Source of the DNA: an uncultured Gemmatimonadales bacterium
GTDB taxonomy: Bacteria > Gemmatimonadota > Gemmatimonadetes > Longimicrobiales > RSA9
Direction of reading: 5' to 3'
Length of the DNA: 64,000 nucleotides
NCBI GenBank assembly: GCA_963798085.1
Contig: CAWCRS010000008.1
Location: 320,001-384,000, forward strand
The notes under the pieces are model-generated. The model did not search any database, was not told the DNA's origin, and worked only from the letters and a program-made list of their open reading frames with translations. The translations under genes were made by a program, and so were the position numbers. Shown here piece after piece: positions 48,712-64,000 of this stretch. Numbering within the stretch: position 1 is the first letter of the stretch; each line of letters opens with the position of its first letter.

Positions 48712-49586
48712 GTGATACCGGGTTCATTCGATTATCATGCGCCAGGCAGCGTGGACGAAGCCATCGCGCTGCTGGCGAAGCTCGGCGATGACGCCAAGAT
48801 CCTGGCGGGCGGGCACAGTCTGGTTCCCGCCATGCGCTTCCGGCTTTCACAGCCTGCCACACTCATCGACATCAATCGCATTACAGCGCTTGCGTACGTG
48901 CGCGAGGAAGGCGGCTTCCTGCGTATCGGCGCACTCACGCGCGAGTCGGAGCTGGAACACTCGCCGCTCGTGAAGAAGTACGGCGCGCTCGCGGATGCGG
49001 GGCGCGTCATTGCCGATCCGCTGGTGCGCAATCGCGGCACCGTCGGCGGCAATCTCGCGCACGCCGATCCCGCGAACGACCATCCCGCGGTCATGCTCGC
49101 GTACGGCGCCACACTGGTGGCGCGCGGCGCGGGCGGCACACGCGAGATTCCCGTCGACGACGTTCTTCACGGGCCTGTTCGAGAATTCGCTGCAGTCCGG
49201 TGAGCTGCTCATCGAGATGCGCGTACCCACACCCGCGAAAGGGCAGGGCAGCGCGTATCAGAAGCTGGAACGGAAGGTAGGCGACTACGCGATTTCCGCT
49301 GTCGCCGTCAATCTGACTCTGGATGGCGACGCCTGCCGCGCGGCGAGGATCGCGCTCACCAACGTGAGCGCCGTGCCCATGCGCGCGAAGCAGGCGGAAG
49401 CTGCGCTCGTCGGCAGGACGCTGGATGACGCGGCGCTGGATGCGGCGGCGCAGGCGGCCGCCGCGCGAGTGCGATCCGTCGGCGGACCTGCGCGGCAGTG
49501 TCGAGTACAAGCGCGATGTGACACGCGTGCTGCTCAAGCGCGCAGCTGCGAGGGCCATCGCGAGGGCGAAGGGAGGTGCCGCATGA
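48712..49586 (+). CDS. coxM: CO dehydrogenase medium (FAD) subunit; +1 frameshifts at ~49162 and ~49466
   Basis: [58 protein letters not shown]. Confidence 0.92.
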
Positions 49587-50073
49587 GCATGCACACGATC
49601 ACCGTCACCGTGAATGGCACCTTGCATACGCGCGAAGTCGATGCGCGCAAGCTGCTCGTGCACTTCCTGCGCGAGGACCTGTCGCTCACCGGCACGCACA
49701 TCGGCTGCGATACCACCAGCTGCGGCGCCTGCACCGTGCTGCTCGACGGCGTGGGCGTGAAGAGCTGCACGCTGTTCGCCGTGCAGGCCGATGGCGCCGC
49801 GGTCGAGACCATCGAGGGGCTGGCGCAGGGCGGGCAGCTGCACCCGCTGCAGGAGGGCTTCTGGGAGAAGCACGGCCTGCAGTGCGGCTACTGTACGCCC
49901 GGCATGATCATGAGCGCGAAGTACCTGCTGTCGAAGAACCCCGACCCGAGCGAAGCCGAGATCCGCTTCGGCATCTCCGGCAACCTCTGCCGCTGCACCG
50001 GCTACAACAAGATCGTCGAGGCCATCCAGTACGCCGCGGCGAAGCTGAACGAGACGGCGAAGGGAGGCGTCGC

Positions 50074-50077
<4 letters not shown>
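49583..50077 (+). CDS. coxS: CO dehydrogenase small (2Fe-2S) subunit
   Basis: [36 protein letters not shown]. Confidence 0.95.
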
Positions 50078-52511
<2,434 letters not shown>

Positions 52512-52569
52512 TCGGGGCGACACGGGTCCGTCGTCGCGCACGGCGGGCCCGCGGCCTCAGGGCAGGATC

Positions 52570-53550
52570 ATGTTCGACGAATACTTCCGCACCGCGCACG
52601 AGCTGACGCGCAGGGGCAGGCCTTTTGCCACGGCCACGGTGGTGCGCGCCGAGCGGCCCACATCGGGCAAGCCCGGCGACAGCGCCATTGTCACGGCCGA
52701 CGGCACGCTGGTCGGCTGGATCGGCGGCAGTTGCGCGCAACCTGCGGTTATCCGCGAAGCACTGGCCGCACTGGCGGAAGATCGCAGCCGCCTGATCCGC
52801 CTCTCGCCGGAACCGGGTACGCGTCCGGTTCCCGAGGGCATCACGGAAGTTCCCATGACCTGCTTCAGCGGAGGGACCCTGGACATCTTCATCGAGCCGC
52901 ACCACCCGCGGCCTCGCCTGCTGCTGGTCGGAAACCTGCCCGTGGCGCAGGCACTGGCGCATCTGGGCCGCGCCCTGAACTACCAGGTGATTGCGGTGGA
53001 TCCCACCGGCAGCAATGCCATGGCGCATGCCGACGAAGTGCTGCGCAGCGTGGACGACATCACGGCGCACATCACGCCGCTCACGTTCGTGGTGGTCGCT
53101 ACACACGGCGAATTCGATGAGCCCGCGCTCACCCGGGTGCTGGCCACCAATGCGCCCTACATCGGACTCGTCGCCAGCCGCAAGCGCGGCGCCGCCGTGC
53201 TGGACACGCTCGCCCAGAACGGCGTGACGCGTGACGCACTCGCGCGCGTCCGCTATCCCGCCGGCCTCGACATCCTCGCCCGCCGCGGCAATGAGATCGC
53301 ACTCGGCATCATGGCCGAGGTCGTGAAAGCACGCCGCTCGCTCGAGCGGCTGCCCGGCCCCCAGGCGGTCGAGGAGGAAAGCAGCGTCACGCCCGCCACC
53401 GCCATTGATCCGGTGTGCGGCATGACCGTTCAGGTTGCCGGCGCGCAGCACACGCACGAGCACGAGGGCCGCACGTACTACTTCTGCTGCGGCGGCTGTC
53501 GCCTGAGGTTCATGAAGAACCCCACGAAGTTCCTGCTCCAGGCTTCCTGA
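52570..53550 (+). CDS. XdhC/CoxF/CoxI family Moco maturation protein fused to a C-terminal YHS domain
   Basis: ATATVVR..PTS.KPG, GWIGGSC, MTCFSGG, VVATHG, YIGLVAS, PAGLDI; then DPVCGM...YYFCCGGC. Confidence 0.9.
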   Translation: MFDEYFRTAHELTRRGRPFATATVVRAERPTSGKPGDSAIVTADGTLVGWIGGSCAQPAVIREALAALAEDRSRLIRLSPEPGTRPVPEGITEVPMTCFSGGTLDIFIEPHHPRPRLLLVGNLPVAQALAHLGRALNYQVIAVDPTGSNAMAHADEVLRSVDDITAHITPLTFVVVATHGEFDEPALTRVLATNAPYIGLVASRKRGAAVLDTLAQNGVTRDALARVRYPAGLDILARRGNEIALGIMAEVVKARRSLERLPGPQAVEEESSVTPATAIDPVCGMTVQVAGAQHTHEHEGRTYYFCCGGCRLRFMKNPTKFLLQAS

Positions 53551-53658
53551 GGCTTCGCGGGGCTTCGCGAGGCGGGAGGGGCTGCGGGCGAACTGGGTGT
53601 CAGCGCACGCGTGCCTGGAGGCCCACGCATTTTCTGTGTGAAAATAAGCTGTTAGCCG

Positions 53659-56757
<3,099 letters not shown>

Positions 56758-57045
56758 CGTGTACTCCTTGCTGTATCGGGATGGAAGCGAGGCCGGGAAC
56801 GTGCGCCCGCCGGCCCGGAGTGTCAACCGCCCGCATCTCGCTGCGCGCGCCGTGCCTGACGCCTTGGAACTCGAAAGACCCGTTGCGCGGGAAAGCGCGC
56901 GAATCGGACACACAGTGTGTGGCCAGCCCCTGCTTCAGCCCGAGCCCCAGCCCCAGAAACGCGGTTCAAGGCGCCTCGGGACGCAGGCCGACCGATTGCG
57001 CTGGCACGCCTCCCGACGTACAACGCGTGACGCCATGAGGAGACC

Positions 57046-57684
57046 ATGAGAGTTCGCACCTGGATCCAGCTCGCGATGCTGGCGCTGCTCGCCTGCGGCT
57101 GCGCGTTCGCGTTCCTGCCGCCGCGCGGGCCGCGCGCGCTGGATCGCTTCGATCCGGACCGCACCGCAGACCTCGAAGTGGGCATGTGGCAGGCCTACTA
57201 CGATCGGCATGCGGTGCAGTTGTTCAAGCTGCTCACCATCCAAATGCGCGAGCAGTACCACTATTCCTGGGCGCGCTCCGTGCAGACGGCCTTCCATTTC
57301 GCGCGCGCCGCCGCGCGCTTCGCCGAAATGCGCGACAACTATGGCACCGTGTTGCCCGACCTGGAGCAGGGCTACGCCATTGTACAGCGATGGATGCACA
57401 CGCGCTTCGATCCCGCCGCAGTCGCGCGCGCCGAGCTGGCGTGGTGGGTGGCGCGACGAACACCCGGTCAGGAGTCGCCGGATACCGTGGGCCGCCGTAT
57501 TGCCGAAGAGTACGCGCTGATCTACAGCATGCCGGTCGAGCGCGCCGAGCGCTCCGGCCTGCTGCGCGCGCAGGCGGGCGCCTTGCGTGACACCGGTGGA
57601 AAGGACGCCGACTGGGCCACTGTCTCCCGACTGCTGCACGAGTCCTGGCGCGACCTGCACGACGCATTGCACAACTCGCCGTGA
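57046..57684 (+). CDS. hypothetical protein with N-terminal signal/TM
   Basis: GAGGAG RBS; 212-aa predominantly helical ORF. Confidence 0.75.
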   Translation: MRVRTWIQLAMLALLACGCAFAFLPPRGPRALDRFDPDRTADLEVGMWQAYYDRHAVQLFKLLTIQMREQYHYSWARSVQTAFHFARAAARFAEMRDNYGTVLPDLEQGYAIVQRWMHTRFDPAAVARAELAWWVARRTPGQESPDTVGRRIAEEYALIYSMPVERAERSGLLRAQAGALRDTGGKDADWATVSRLLHESWRDLHDALHNSP

Positions 57685-57808
57685 CGCACCGCGTGCCCAG
57701 CACCTGCTGAAGCGGCATCGTCGTTGAACAAGACTGCGGCCCCGGTCCGCCTTGTGGCGGGCCGGGGCCGTTCGTGTGCGGTTCCCGTCGACCGCACCGA
57801 TCGCCGGT

Positions 57809-58987
57809 TCAGTCGGGCATACCCGGCAGATCGATGCCGTGCCTGTAATTCCACAGGTCGGGGGCCACGCACACGAAGGTGTGCTCGACCTCGTTCTGGA
57901 ATTCGCGATGGTGCACAGTCCGCTCCACGGTGCCTCCCACCGTCACCCGGTAGGCGTCGTACGGCAGCCAGAGGTTCCTGAACAGCGGGTAGCTGTCGTA
58001 GTTGCCCGACAGGACGCTCTGCCAGGTGCTGCTGTTCATCGTCGCTACCGTCGTCTTGTGCAGCGTGTCCCAGTGTCCGTGGTCGTAGCGCAGGTAGTCG
58101 AACGTGATCGAGCCGGCATCGTAGTACCACGGCATTTCATCTGGGACGATCAGATCGAAGTTCACATCCCTGCAGACCAGCTGCAGGTTCCAGAGGAACC
58201 CGGTCCACTTGCCCTTCACGAGGTCGTCACCCACGAGGGAAGGCGCAGGCGGCGCCGGCACCTCGGGCTCGTTGCAGCGCACCGTGGCGCTGACGACGTG
58301 CGCTTCCGTGCCACCCGCATACGTGCGCACGGTGGCAGTGAACACGGCGTCATACGGAGGCGAGCCGTAGCCCGGGTAGATGCCATAGGAACCATCCATC
58401 AGGAAGCCCCATTCGGTGCGCGCGATCGGCGTCCGCATCGCCGGCATGCTGGTCATGCGCTCACCGTCGTACCAGCTGCCGAAGTTCAGAACCCGCTCAC
58501 CGCTCACGAAGTCCCAGTCCCGTCCGTCAGGCGAGTTCAACGTCAGGTGAACACGCAGGCACGAGAGCTGGTCATCGGGGGCCATCCACGATCCCGTCAT
58601 TGCCTCGGGACCAGTGAGGTACGGCGCCAGCTTCAACGAGGGCAGTGTGTCCTCGTGCGGCGGCGGTGTCGGCAGGCGCAACTGCACGGGCAGTCGCAGC
58701 ACGTACAGGTAGATCGTCGGCCTCGACGCCGGCGATGACGGCATCCACATGAAGCGGCCCTTGTTGATGTGCTCGGTCACAATCGGCATGGCCGGGCAGG
58801 GGAAATCAGGACAGCCATACTCGTAGGTCACGCCGCTGATAACCACGGTGTTAGCACCGGGCGCGAGCGACATGGCAGGCGAGGTGGGATCCTCGCCGCT
58901 CCAGGCGTCCCTGCTGCATGCAGCGGGCAGCAGCGCAAGGAGCAGAACTACAGAGGGTCCCGTGATTCTGCGAAGATTCGCGTACAT
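57809..58987 (-). CDS. hypothetical lipoprotein
   Basis: GAGGAGG RBS; hydrophobic stretch ending LLPAAC (lipobox-like); 392 aa. Confidence 0.75.
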   Translation of the reverse strand: MYANLRRITGPSVVLLLALLPAACSRDAWSGEDPTSPAMSLAPGANTVVISGVTYEYGCPDFPCPAMPIVTEHINKGRFMWMPSSPASRPTIYLYVLRLPVQLRLPTPPPHEDTLPSLKLAPYLTGPEAMTGSWMAPDDQLSCLRVHLTLNSPDGRDWDFVSGERVLNFGSWYDGERMTSMPAMRTPIARTEWGFLMDGSYGIYPGYGSPPYDAVFTATVRTYAGGTEAHVVSATVRCNEPEVPAPPAPSLVGDDLVKGKWTGFLWNLQLVCRDVNFDLIVPDEMPWYYDAGSITFDYLRYDHGHWDTLHKTTVATMNSSTWQSVLSGNYDSYPLFRNLWLPYDAYRVTVGGTVERTVHHREFQNEVEHTFVCVAPDLWNYRHGIDLPGMPD

Positions 58988-59460
58988 CGAACCCTCCTCA
59001 CAGAGACCGTGAACCCGGAGACCGCCTTCAGCTGCTGACCGCTCCGGCGGTTCAGCCCCTCCACACTGGAGGTTGCCGGCGTCACCCCGTCATCGTGCAA
59101 GGAGAACGCCGCGTGCGTGCGCCGCCCGCGTTTTCCGTGGCCGCGCCGCAACAGTGGGCGTCGCCGGACCGGAGCGAGGACGGACCGTGTCGTGTAACAT
59201 GGCCATCCGCATGCAGAAGCCACATCGGCCCGGACTGGCGCACACAACCAACACTTCGTTATCGGCGTGCACCACGCGGGCGCCGGCACCTGCGTCGAGG
59301 CCGCGCGTCATGGTCACAAGGCGACGAATCAGCGGCTGGTGGTGGGTCATTCTGCGACAGGATTTCGTCCGCCCATCTCGCCACGACCCGTAGCGCCCAC
59401 GCGGTCGGAGGCTTTAACCTCCTGCATGAGCAAGGGAAACGGGAACCGGGCGGTGGCGCG

Positions 59461-61428
59461 ATGAGCCTGGTCGCCCTGAACGGCGTCGATTTCGATTACG
59501 CGGGTGAGACCCTGCTGCGCAGCGTCAGCTTCGCCGTCGAGCGGGGCGAGCGCTGGGGCGTCGTGGGCCGCAATGGCTCGGGCAAGACTACACTGTTCCG
59601 GCTCATCGCCGGCACACTGCAGCCGACAGCCGGCTCGATCGCGCGCGCGGCGGGCACGCGCATCACGCTGCTGGACCAGCACCGTACGTTCGAGCAGGCG
59701 ACGACGGTGTGGCAGGCCGCCGCCTCGCCCTTTGCCCATCTGCTCGAGCTGGAGGCGTCGCTCGAAGCCCAGGCGCACGCGCTCGCGCACGACGCGTCGC
59801 CTGCCGCGCTCACGCGCTACGATGACGACTTGCACCGCTTCCAGAACGAGGGCGGCCATACCTTTCGCGCCACTGTGGCCGCCGTGCTGGAAGGACTGGG
59901 CTTCAATGCGGAGGGCGCACACACGCAGCGGCTGGCCGGACTCTCCGGCGGGGAGCGCGGCCGCCTCGGCCTGGTGCGGCAGCTGGCATCTCCCGGCGAC
60001 CTGCTGCTGCTGGACGAGCCCACCAACCATCTCGACCTGGAGACCACGCGCTGGCTCGAGGATTATCTGATCGGCTCGCGTAATACGCTGCTAGCCATCA
60101 GCCACGACCGCGCTTTCCTGGCGCGCATCGCGGATCACATCCTGCACCTCGAAGACCACGGCGCAGTGCCCTACGCCTCAGGCTACGAGCAGTTCGTCGC
60201 CATCCGCACCGAGCGGCGCGAGGCGCAGCGCCGCGCCTTCGAGCAGCAGCAGCGCAAGGTCAGCGCGGAAGAGGACTATATCCGCCGCAACATTGCGGGA
60301 CAGAACAGCCGTCAGGCGAAAGGGCGGCGCACGCGGCTCGCCCGCATGCCCAGACTCTCGCCGCCACCGGGCGAAGCGGGTGCCATGGCGGTGCGCCTGC
60401 CGGCGGGCGAGCGAGGCGGCGACCAGGTGCTCGTCGCGCGCGACGTACGCCTCGAAGTGGGAGCGCCGCCGCGCGTGCTGCTCGAGGACTTTTCCGCGCG
60501 CGTGACGCGTGGCGAGGTGATCGGCATCGTGGGGCCGAATGGCGCCGGCAAGTCGACGCTGCTGCACGCCATTGCAGGCGAGCGCCCGCCTGCGGCCGGC
60601 GCGCTGCTGCCGGGCGCGGGCGTTACCGCCGCGCACTACCGGCAGGACCTGGCGCAGGTGCCGGCCACCCGCTCGCTGTTCAATACCATCCACGACCTGC
60701 GTCCGCGCTGGGATCGCGGACAGGTGCAGAACCACCTGGGCCGCTTCGCATTCTCGGGCGATGAAGTGCAGCGCCTCGCAGGCTCGCTCTCCGGCGGCGA
60801 GCAGGCCAGGCTGGCGCTCGCCATGATCGTGCTCTCCGGCGCCAACCTGCTGCTCTTCGACGAGCCCACCAATCATCTCAATGTGGAATCGATCGAAGCG
60901 CTCGAGGATGCGCTCGACGACTATGACGGCACTGTCCTGCTGGTGAGCCACGATCGCGCCTTGCTGGCCGCGCTCACCACCCGCATCTGGGCGCTCTACG
61001 GCAGCCACATCGAGGACTTCGATGGCCCGTTCAGCGACTGGCTCGAGGCGAAGTCGAAGCGCGAGTCCGATGCGCAGCAGGCGGCGGCGCAGGTGGCAGG
61101 GGAAGCGCGCGCCGTGCAGCGCAGACAGGCGAAGCGCGCACACGACACGCGCCAGCAGCACGCCACGCAGCGGCGCTCCTCGAAAAGAGCCGTCGAACAG
61201 GCGGAAGCGCACGCACACACCATCGAGGCGCGTGTGTCGCAGCTCACGGCCCGGCTGCACGACGAGTCACTCTATCGCACTGCCGATGGCGCCGCCGATG
61301 CAGCCCGCCTGCAGGCCGAACTGCGCACGGCGCAGCAGGAGCTGGACGTGGCACTGAACGCCTGGGCAGCACTGGAAGAGCAGCAGCGGCGGGAAGCAGA
61401 GCCCGCGCGCCGGCCGACCGGTTCCTGA
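59461..61428 (+). CDS. ABC-F family ATPase
   Basis: GRNGSGKT/LSGGE/LDEPTNHLD and GPNGAGKST/LSGGE/DEPTNHL; no TM; coiled-coil tail. Confidence 0.93.
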   Translation: MSLVALNGVDFDYAGETLLRSVSFAVERGERWGVVGRNGSGKTTLFRLIAGTLQPTAGSIARAAGTRITLLDQHRTFEQATTVWQAAASPFAHLLELEASLEAQAHALAHDASPAALTRYDDDLHRFQNEGGHTFRATVAAVLEGLGFNAEGAHTQRLAGLSGGERGRLGLVRQLASPGDLLLLDEPTNHLDLETTRWLEDYLIGSRNTLLAISHDRAFLARIADHILHLEDHGAVPYASGYEQFVAIRTERREAQRRAFEQQQRKVSAEEDYIRRNIAGQNSRQAKGRRTRLARMPRLSPPPGEAGAMAVRLPAGERGGDQVLVARDVRLEVGAPPRVLLEDFSARVTRGEVIGIVGPNGAGKSTLLHAIAGERPPAAGALLPGAGVTAAHYRQDLAQVPATRSLFNTIHDLRPRWDRGQVQNHLGRFAFSGDEVQRLAGSLSGGEQARLALAMIVLSGANLLLFDEPTNHLNVESIEALEDALDDYDGTVLLVSHDRALLAALTTRIWALYGSHIEDFDGPFSDWLEAKSKRESDAQQAAAQVAGEARAVQRRQAKRAHDTRQQHATQRRSSKRAVEQAEAHAHTIEARVSQLTARLHDESLYRTADGAADAARLQAELRTAQQELDVALNAWAALEEQQRREAEPARRPTGS

Positions 61429-61438
61429 GGTCCAGGCA

Positions 61439-61507
61439 GCCTGACTGACAGGCTGTCAGGCGATCGCCCGGTGCGCCGGCGGGCTCACGCTGACAGCGGT
61501 GTCAGCG
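61439..61507. terminator. two hairpins between convergent genes
   Basis: gcctgac...gtcaggc and cgctgaca-gcgg-tgtcagcg; no U-tract. Confidence 0.35.
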
Positions 61508-62497
61508 GACGATCTGGAACAGGGCGTCGACGTCCGGCGTGATCGCAGACAGACCACCGGCGGTGACGCCCCCGGCTATGGTCCGCTGCACACTGCGCAG
61601 CGCGGTGAGCACCGCGCTGCCGGCGCTGTCCGTGGCGTTGCCGAGTTTGTCGACCAGGGCATCCAGCTGCTTCGCCGCCTCGCCGTCCCGCGCGAAGTAG
61701 GCCGGCCGGTTCAGCCGCACGGCCATCGCGGCCTGCTCCGCCCAAAGTCCGATCTCGAACCAGGGCGCCGGAAACAGGCCGGGTGCGCCCGCGGCCGCTG
61801 CCTGCCATTCCCGGTGCCGACTTGCCGGTACGACGCCCGGTTGCGGCGGCACGGCTTCCGCTGCGGCGACCAGCGCGACCACGGGCGGGCTCAGTGGTGT
61901 GGCGGCGTCGAGCGTGCCGCGCAGGTCCCTGTCCGCGAGACGCATGGCCGGCGTGTCCGCCAGCTCCCACGCCACGCGCAGGTCCGTGAAGCGCACGCCC
62001 GCACGGAACCCCAGCTCCCGCGCGGGCGCCTCGGCGGCTGCACCGCTGCGCCTGGCCGGCACCCGCGTGCCGAGCCACGTCGAGTCGAACAGCGCCTGAA
62101 AGGAGCCTCGCCCGCCGGCCGACTGGATGCCGAGCGCGAACGCGCCGTTAGCCGTGTCGTGATGCCAGACCATCGGCGCCAGCCAGAACACGGCCAGCAC
62201 AGCCGCCGCCGCAGGCAGCAACACCTGCCAGCGCAGAAAGTGCGGGGGCTCCGGCATGACGGGGGATGGCGCACCCTGGCCTGCTGCAACCGGCACTGCG
62301 ATGCCCGCGGCTCGCAGCGCGGCCGCATCGGCAAACACTTCGTACAGCCCGGGTGAGCGCACGATCATCGCGGCCAGTTCCGCCCGCTTCGCTGGTGGCA
62401 GGCGATTCTCCAGGAATGCCGCCAGCAGCTCGAGATCGTCCTGCTCTTCGTCGCCATGCGCGACCGGCTCCAGATCGTCCTGTGGTTCGCTTGTCAC
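61502..62497 (-). CDS. putative transmembrane anti-sigma factor
   Basis: LELLAAFLENRLPPAKRAEL (zf-HC2-like start), single TM, directly downstream of ECF sigma. Confidence 0.65.
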   Translation of the reverse strand: MTSEPQDDLEPVAHGDEEQDDLELLAAFLENRLPPAKRAELAAMIVRSPGLYEVFADAAALRAAGIAVPVAAGQGAPSPVMPEPPHFLRWQVLLPAAAAVLAVFWLAPMVWHHDTANGAFALGIQSAGGRGSFQALFDSTWLGTRVPARRSGAAAEAPARELGFRAGVRFTDLRVAWELADTPAMRLADRDLRGTLDAATPLSPPVVALVAAAEAVPPQPGVVPASRHREWQAAAAGAPGLFPAPWFEIGLWAEQAAMAVRLNRPAYFARDGEAAKQLDALVDKLGNATDSAGSAVLTALRSVQRTIAGGVTAGGLSAITPDVDALFQIVR

Positions 62498-62570
62498 AAC
62501 TGACTCCTCGGCTCGGTCCGGGGTCCGGGTCTCAGCTTAAGGACGGACATGAACCGTCGCCTTCGCCCCA

Positions 62571-63362
62571 TCAGCGCACCCGTTCGTCATCGGACAGCAG
62601 CTCGCGCACGGTTTCCGCGTCCACACCATCCGCGCGCAGCAGCACGCGCAGCCGCTTCACAATGCGCTCCAGACGGCGGTACAACGGCTTGGCGGTGAGG
62701 TTCAACGCGCGCGCAATGTCAGGGATGTGCATGTGCTCCCACACCCTCAGACGAAGCAGTATCTGATCTTCATTCGGTAACTGTGCCATGGCCCGAGCCA
62801 GCTTCGCCTGCACGCGTTGCCACGCCTGCTGCCGCTCGTCTGACAGCACGCCGTCATCCGCATGATCCGGAGAGCACGCGTCCAGTGGCAGGGCACGATC
62901 GTGTTTGCGCGGATTCGCGTTGCGCGGCAACTGCGCGGCGAGTCGGCGCAGCTCGCCATCGGTCATGTTCACGCCGCGGCTGCGCAGCATCTCGATCGCC
63001 TGTTCCAGACCCATGCCCTCGCGCTCGAGGAGGGCCTGCAGCCGCACCGCGACGGGGCCCAGTCGCTTCGCTCCCGCCGATGGGCGCCAGCGGCCCAGCT
63101 GCTTGACGCGAAAATCGAGGTACAGGTGGGGAACGACCGTGCCCAGATAACCGAGCATTGTGGATTCGCCGCGGTGCTTGCGCAGTCTCGCGTAGTCGTT
63201 CTCGATCAGGCGTTCCTTCACGAATGACGCGAAGTCCTGCGCCTCGTCCGGATCGAGTCCGTGCCGGTGGGCGAGCGACGTCAGCAGCAGCTCGAGGCCT
63301 GGCAGTACGTCGAGGAGAACCTGAGCGGGATCGACGGGGTTCTCCGGGCTGGTGTCGGACAC
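62571..63362 (-). CDS. ECF-type RNA polymerase sigma-70 factor
   Basis: DEAQDF..FVKERLIENDYARLRK; region 4 AMAQLPNEDQILLRLR...IPDIARAL...LYRRL; start uncertain. Confidence 0.8.
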   Translation of the reverse strand: MSDTSPENPVDPAQVLLDVLPGLELLLTSLAHRHGLDPDEAQDFASFVKERLIENDYARLRKHRGESTMLGYLGTVVPHLYLDFRVKQLGRWRPSAGAKRLGPVAVRLQALLEREGMGLEQAIEMLRSRGVNMTDGELRRLAAQLPRNANPRKHDRALPLDACSPDHADDGVLSDERQQAWQRVQAKLARAMAQLPNEDQILLRLRVWEHMHIPDIARALNLTAKPLYRRLERIVKRLRVLLRADGVDAETVRELLSDDERVR

Positions 63363-63731
63363 GCTCGGCGCGGCTCTCCGGTACCCGGGCCGGTTCTGCT
63401 GAAGAGCCGACCGTCCTCGCCACGCAGCGCCGCCTGACCCGGCCGCGCTGCCGGAACTGTGCCGCTCATAGTAGGCTCGCACACGCTTCGATGCGAGGGC
63501 GGGAGCCCGCCCGGCACGGACTCAGGCGAGAACGCGCTTCACCTTCCGGCGCTGCGCCGCCACCCGCGCCACCGCGCATCCGTCCCGGTCGCCAGAACGG
63601 CAATCCCGAAGTCGTTGCGTTCCGCCCCGTCAGCTTTCCATCATGAAGTCCGCGACCCGACTGGACCGTAGTGTCGAGTACGGTCTACTGGAACGGGCCG
63701 CATCTCCCAGCCTCCCGCACGGAGGAGTCCC

Positions 63732-64000
63732 GTGTCTGCGCAACTGCAACTCGCACTGCACGTCCTCACCCTCGCCGCCGGTTTCGCGCTCGTGCTGTGG
63801 GGACTCCGCATCTTCAAGGCGTACATCGCGTTCCTGGGCCTGTTCTTCGGCTGCGCGGTGGGCGGTTCCATCGCCGCCATCGCCGTCGGCTCGAGCCAGT
63901 CGATTCTGGCGGGCGCCGCCATTGGCGGGTTGCTCGGCGCTCTGCTCGCCTGGCCGTTCCAGAAGCTGCTCGTCTTCATGACTGCCGGCTTCCTGGGCGC
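63732..64000 (+). CDS. membrane protein, DUF4203-like (partial)
   Basis: GGAGGAG + GTG; VSAQLQLALHVLTLAAGFALVLWGLRIFKAYIAFLGLFFG...GGLLGALLAWPFQKLLVFMTAGFLG; not in ORF track. Confidence 0.7.
   Translation, partial: MSAQLQLALHVLTLAAGFALVLWGLRIFKAYIAFLGLFFGCAVGGSIAAIAVGSSQSILAGAAIGGLLGALLAWPFQKLLVFMTAGFLG

Noticed and set aside
59040..59090. c-di-GMP-I riboswitch
   Set aside because: Only superficial GGCAA-stem similarity; GNRA loop and GCAAAG-type junction are absent

Overview
GC-rich bacterial DNA, probably Gemmatimonadota. This is inferred from the gene repertoire (ADOP permease, 'LASRYTIERE' Ser/Thr kinase start, Gly/Arg-rich secreted peptidases); no marker gene is present. The first 17.6 kb is a minus-strand accessory/defence region. 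It holds two paralogous small membrane proteins, several gene remnants, two PD-(D/E)xK nucleases, a LexA-like HTH, and a SNF2 helicase-Fic-type III Mod-Res operon that sits directly upstream of an orphaned type I hsdM C-terminus. From 17.6 to 41.5 kb there is a PQQ dehydrogenase, a FitAB/VapBC toxin-antitoxin pair, a stand-alone tandem TIR-TIR protein, cytochrome c/HupE/NHL genes, a BlaI/BlaR1-like module facing a secreted hydrolase, an RlhA-like U32 protein and large secreted beta-propeller proteins. From 41.6 to 53.6 kb there is a form I aerobic CO dehydrogenase cluster (coxD-E / coxG-M-S-L plus an XdhC-YHS fusion; CoxL motif AYRCSFR), split by a five-gene opposite-strand block. The window ends with an M14 peptidase, an unknown lipoprotein, an ABC-F protein and an ECF sigma/anti-sigma pair. 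Eleven small frameshifts in seven genes look like long-read errors. No rRNA, tRNA, CRISPR array, transposase or integrase was recognised. All family assignments come from motif recognition by eye, not from database searches.
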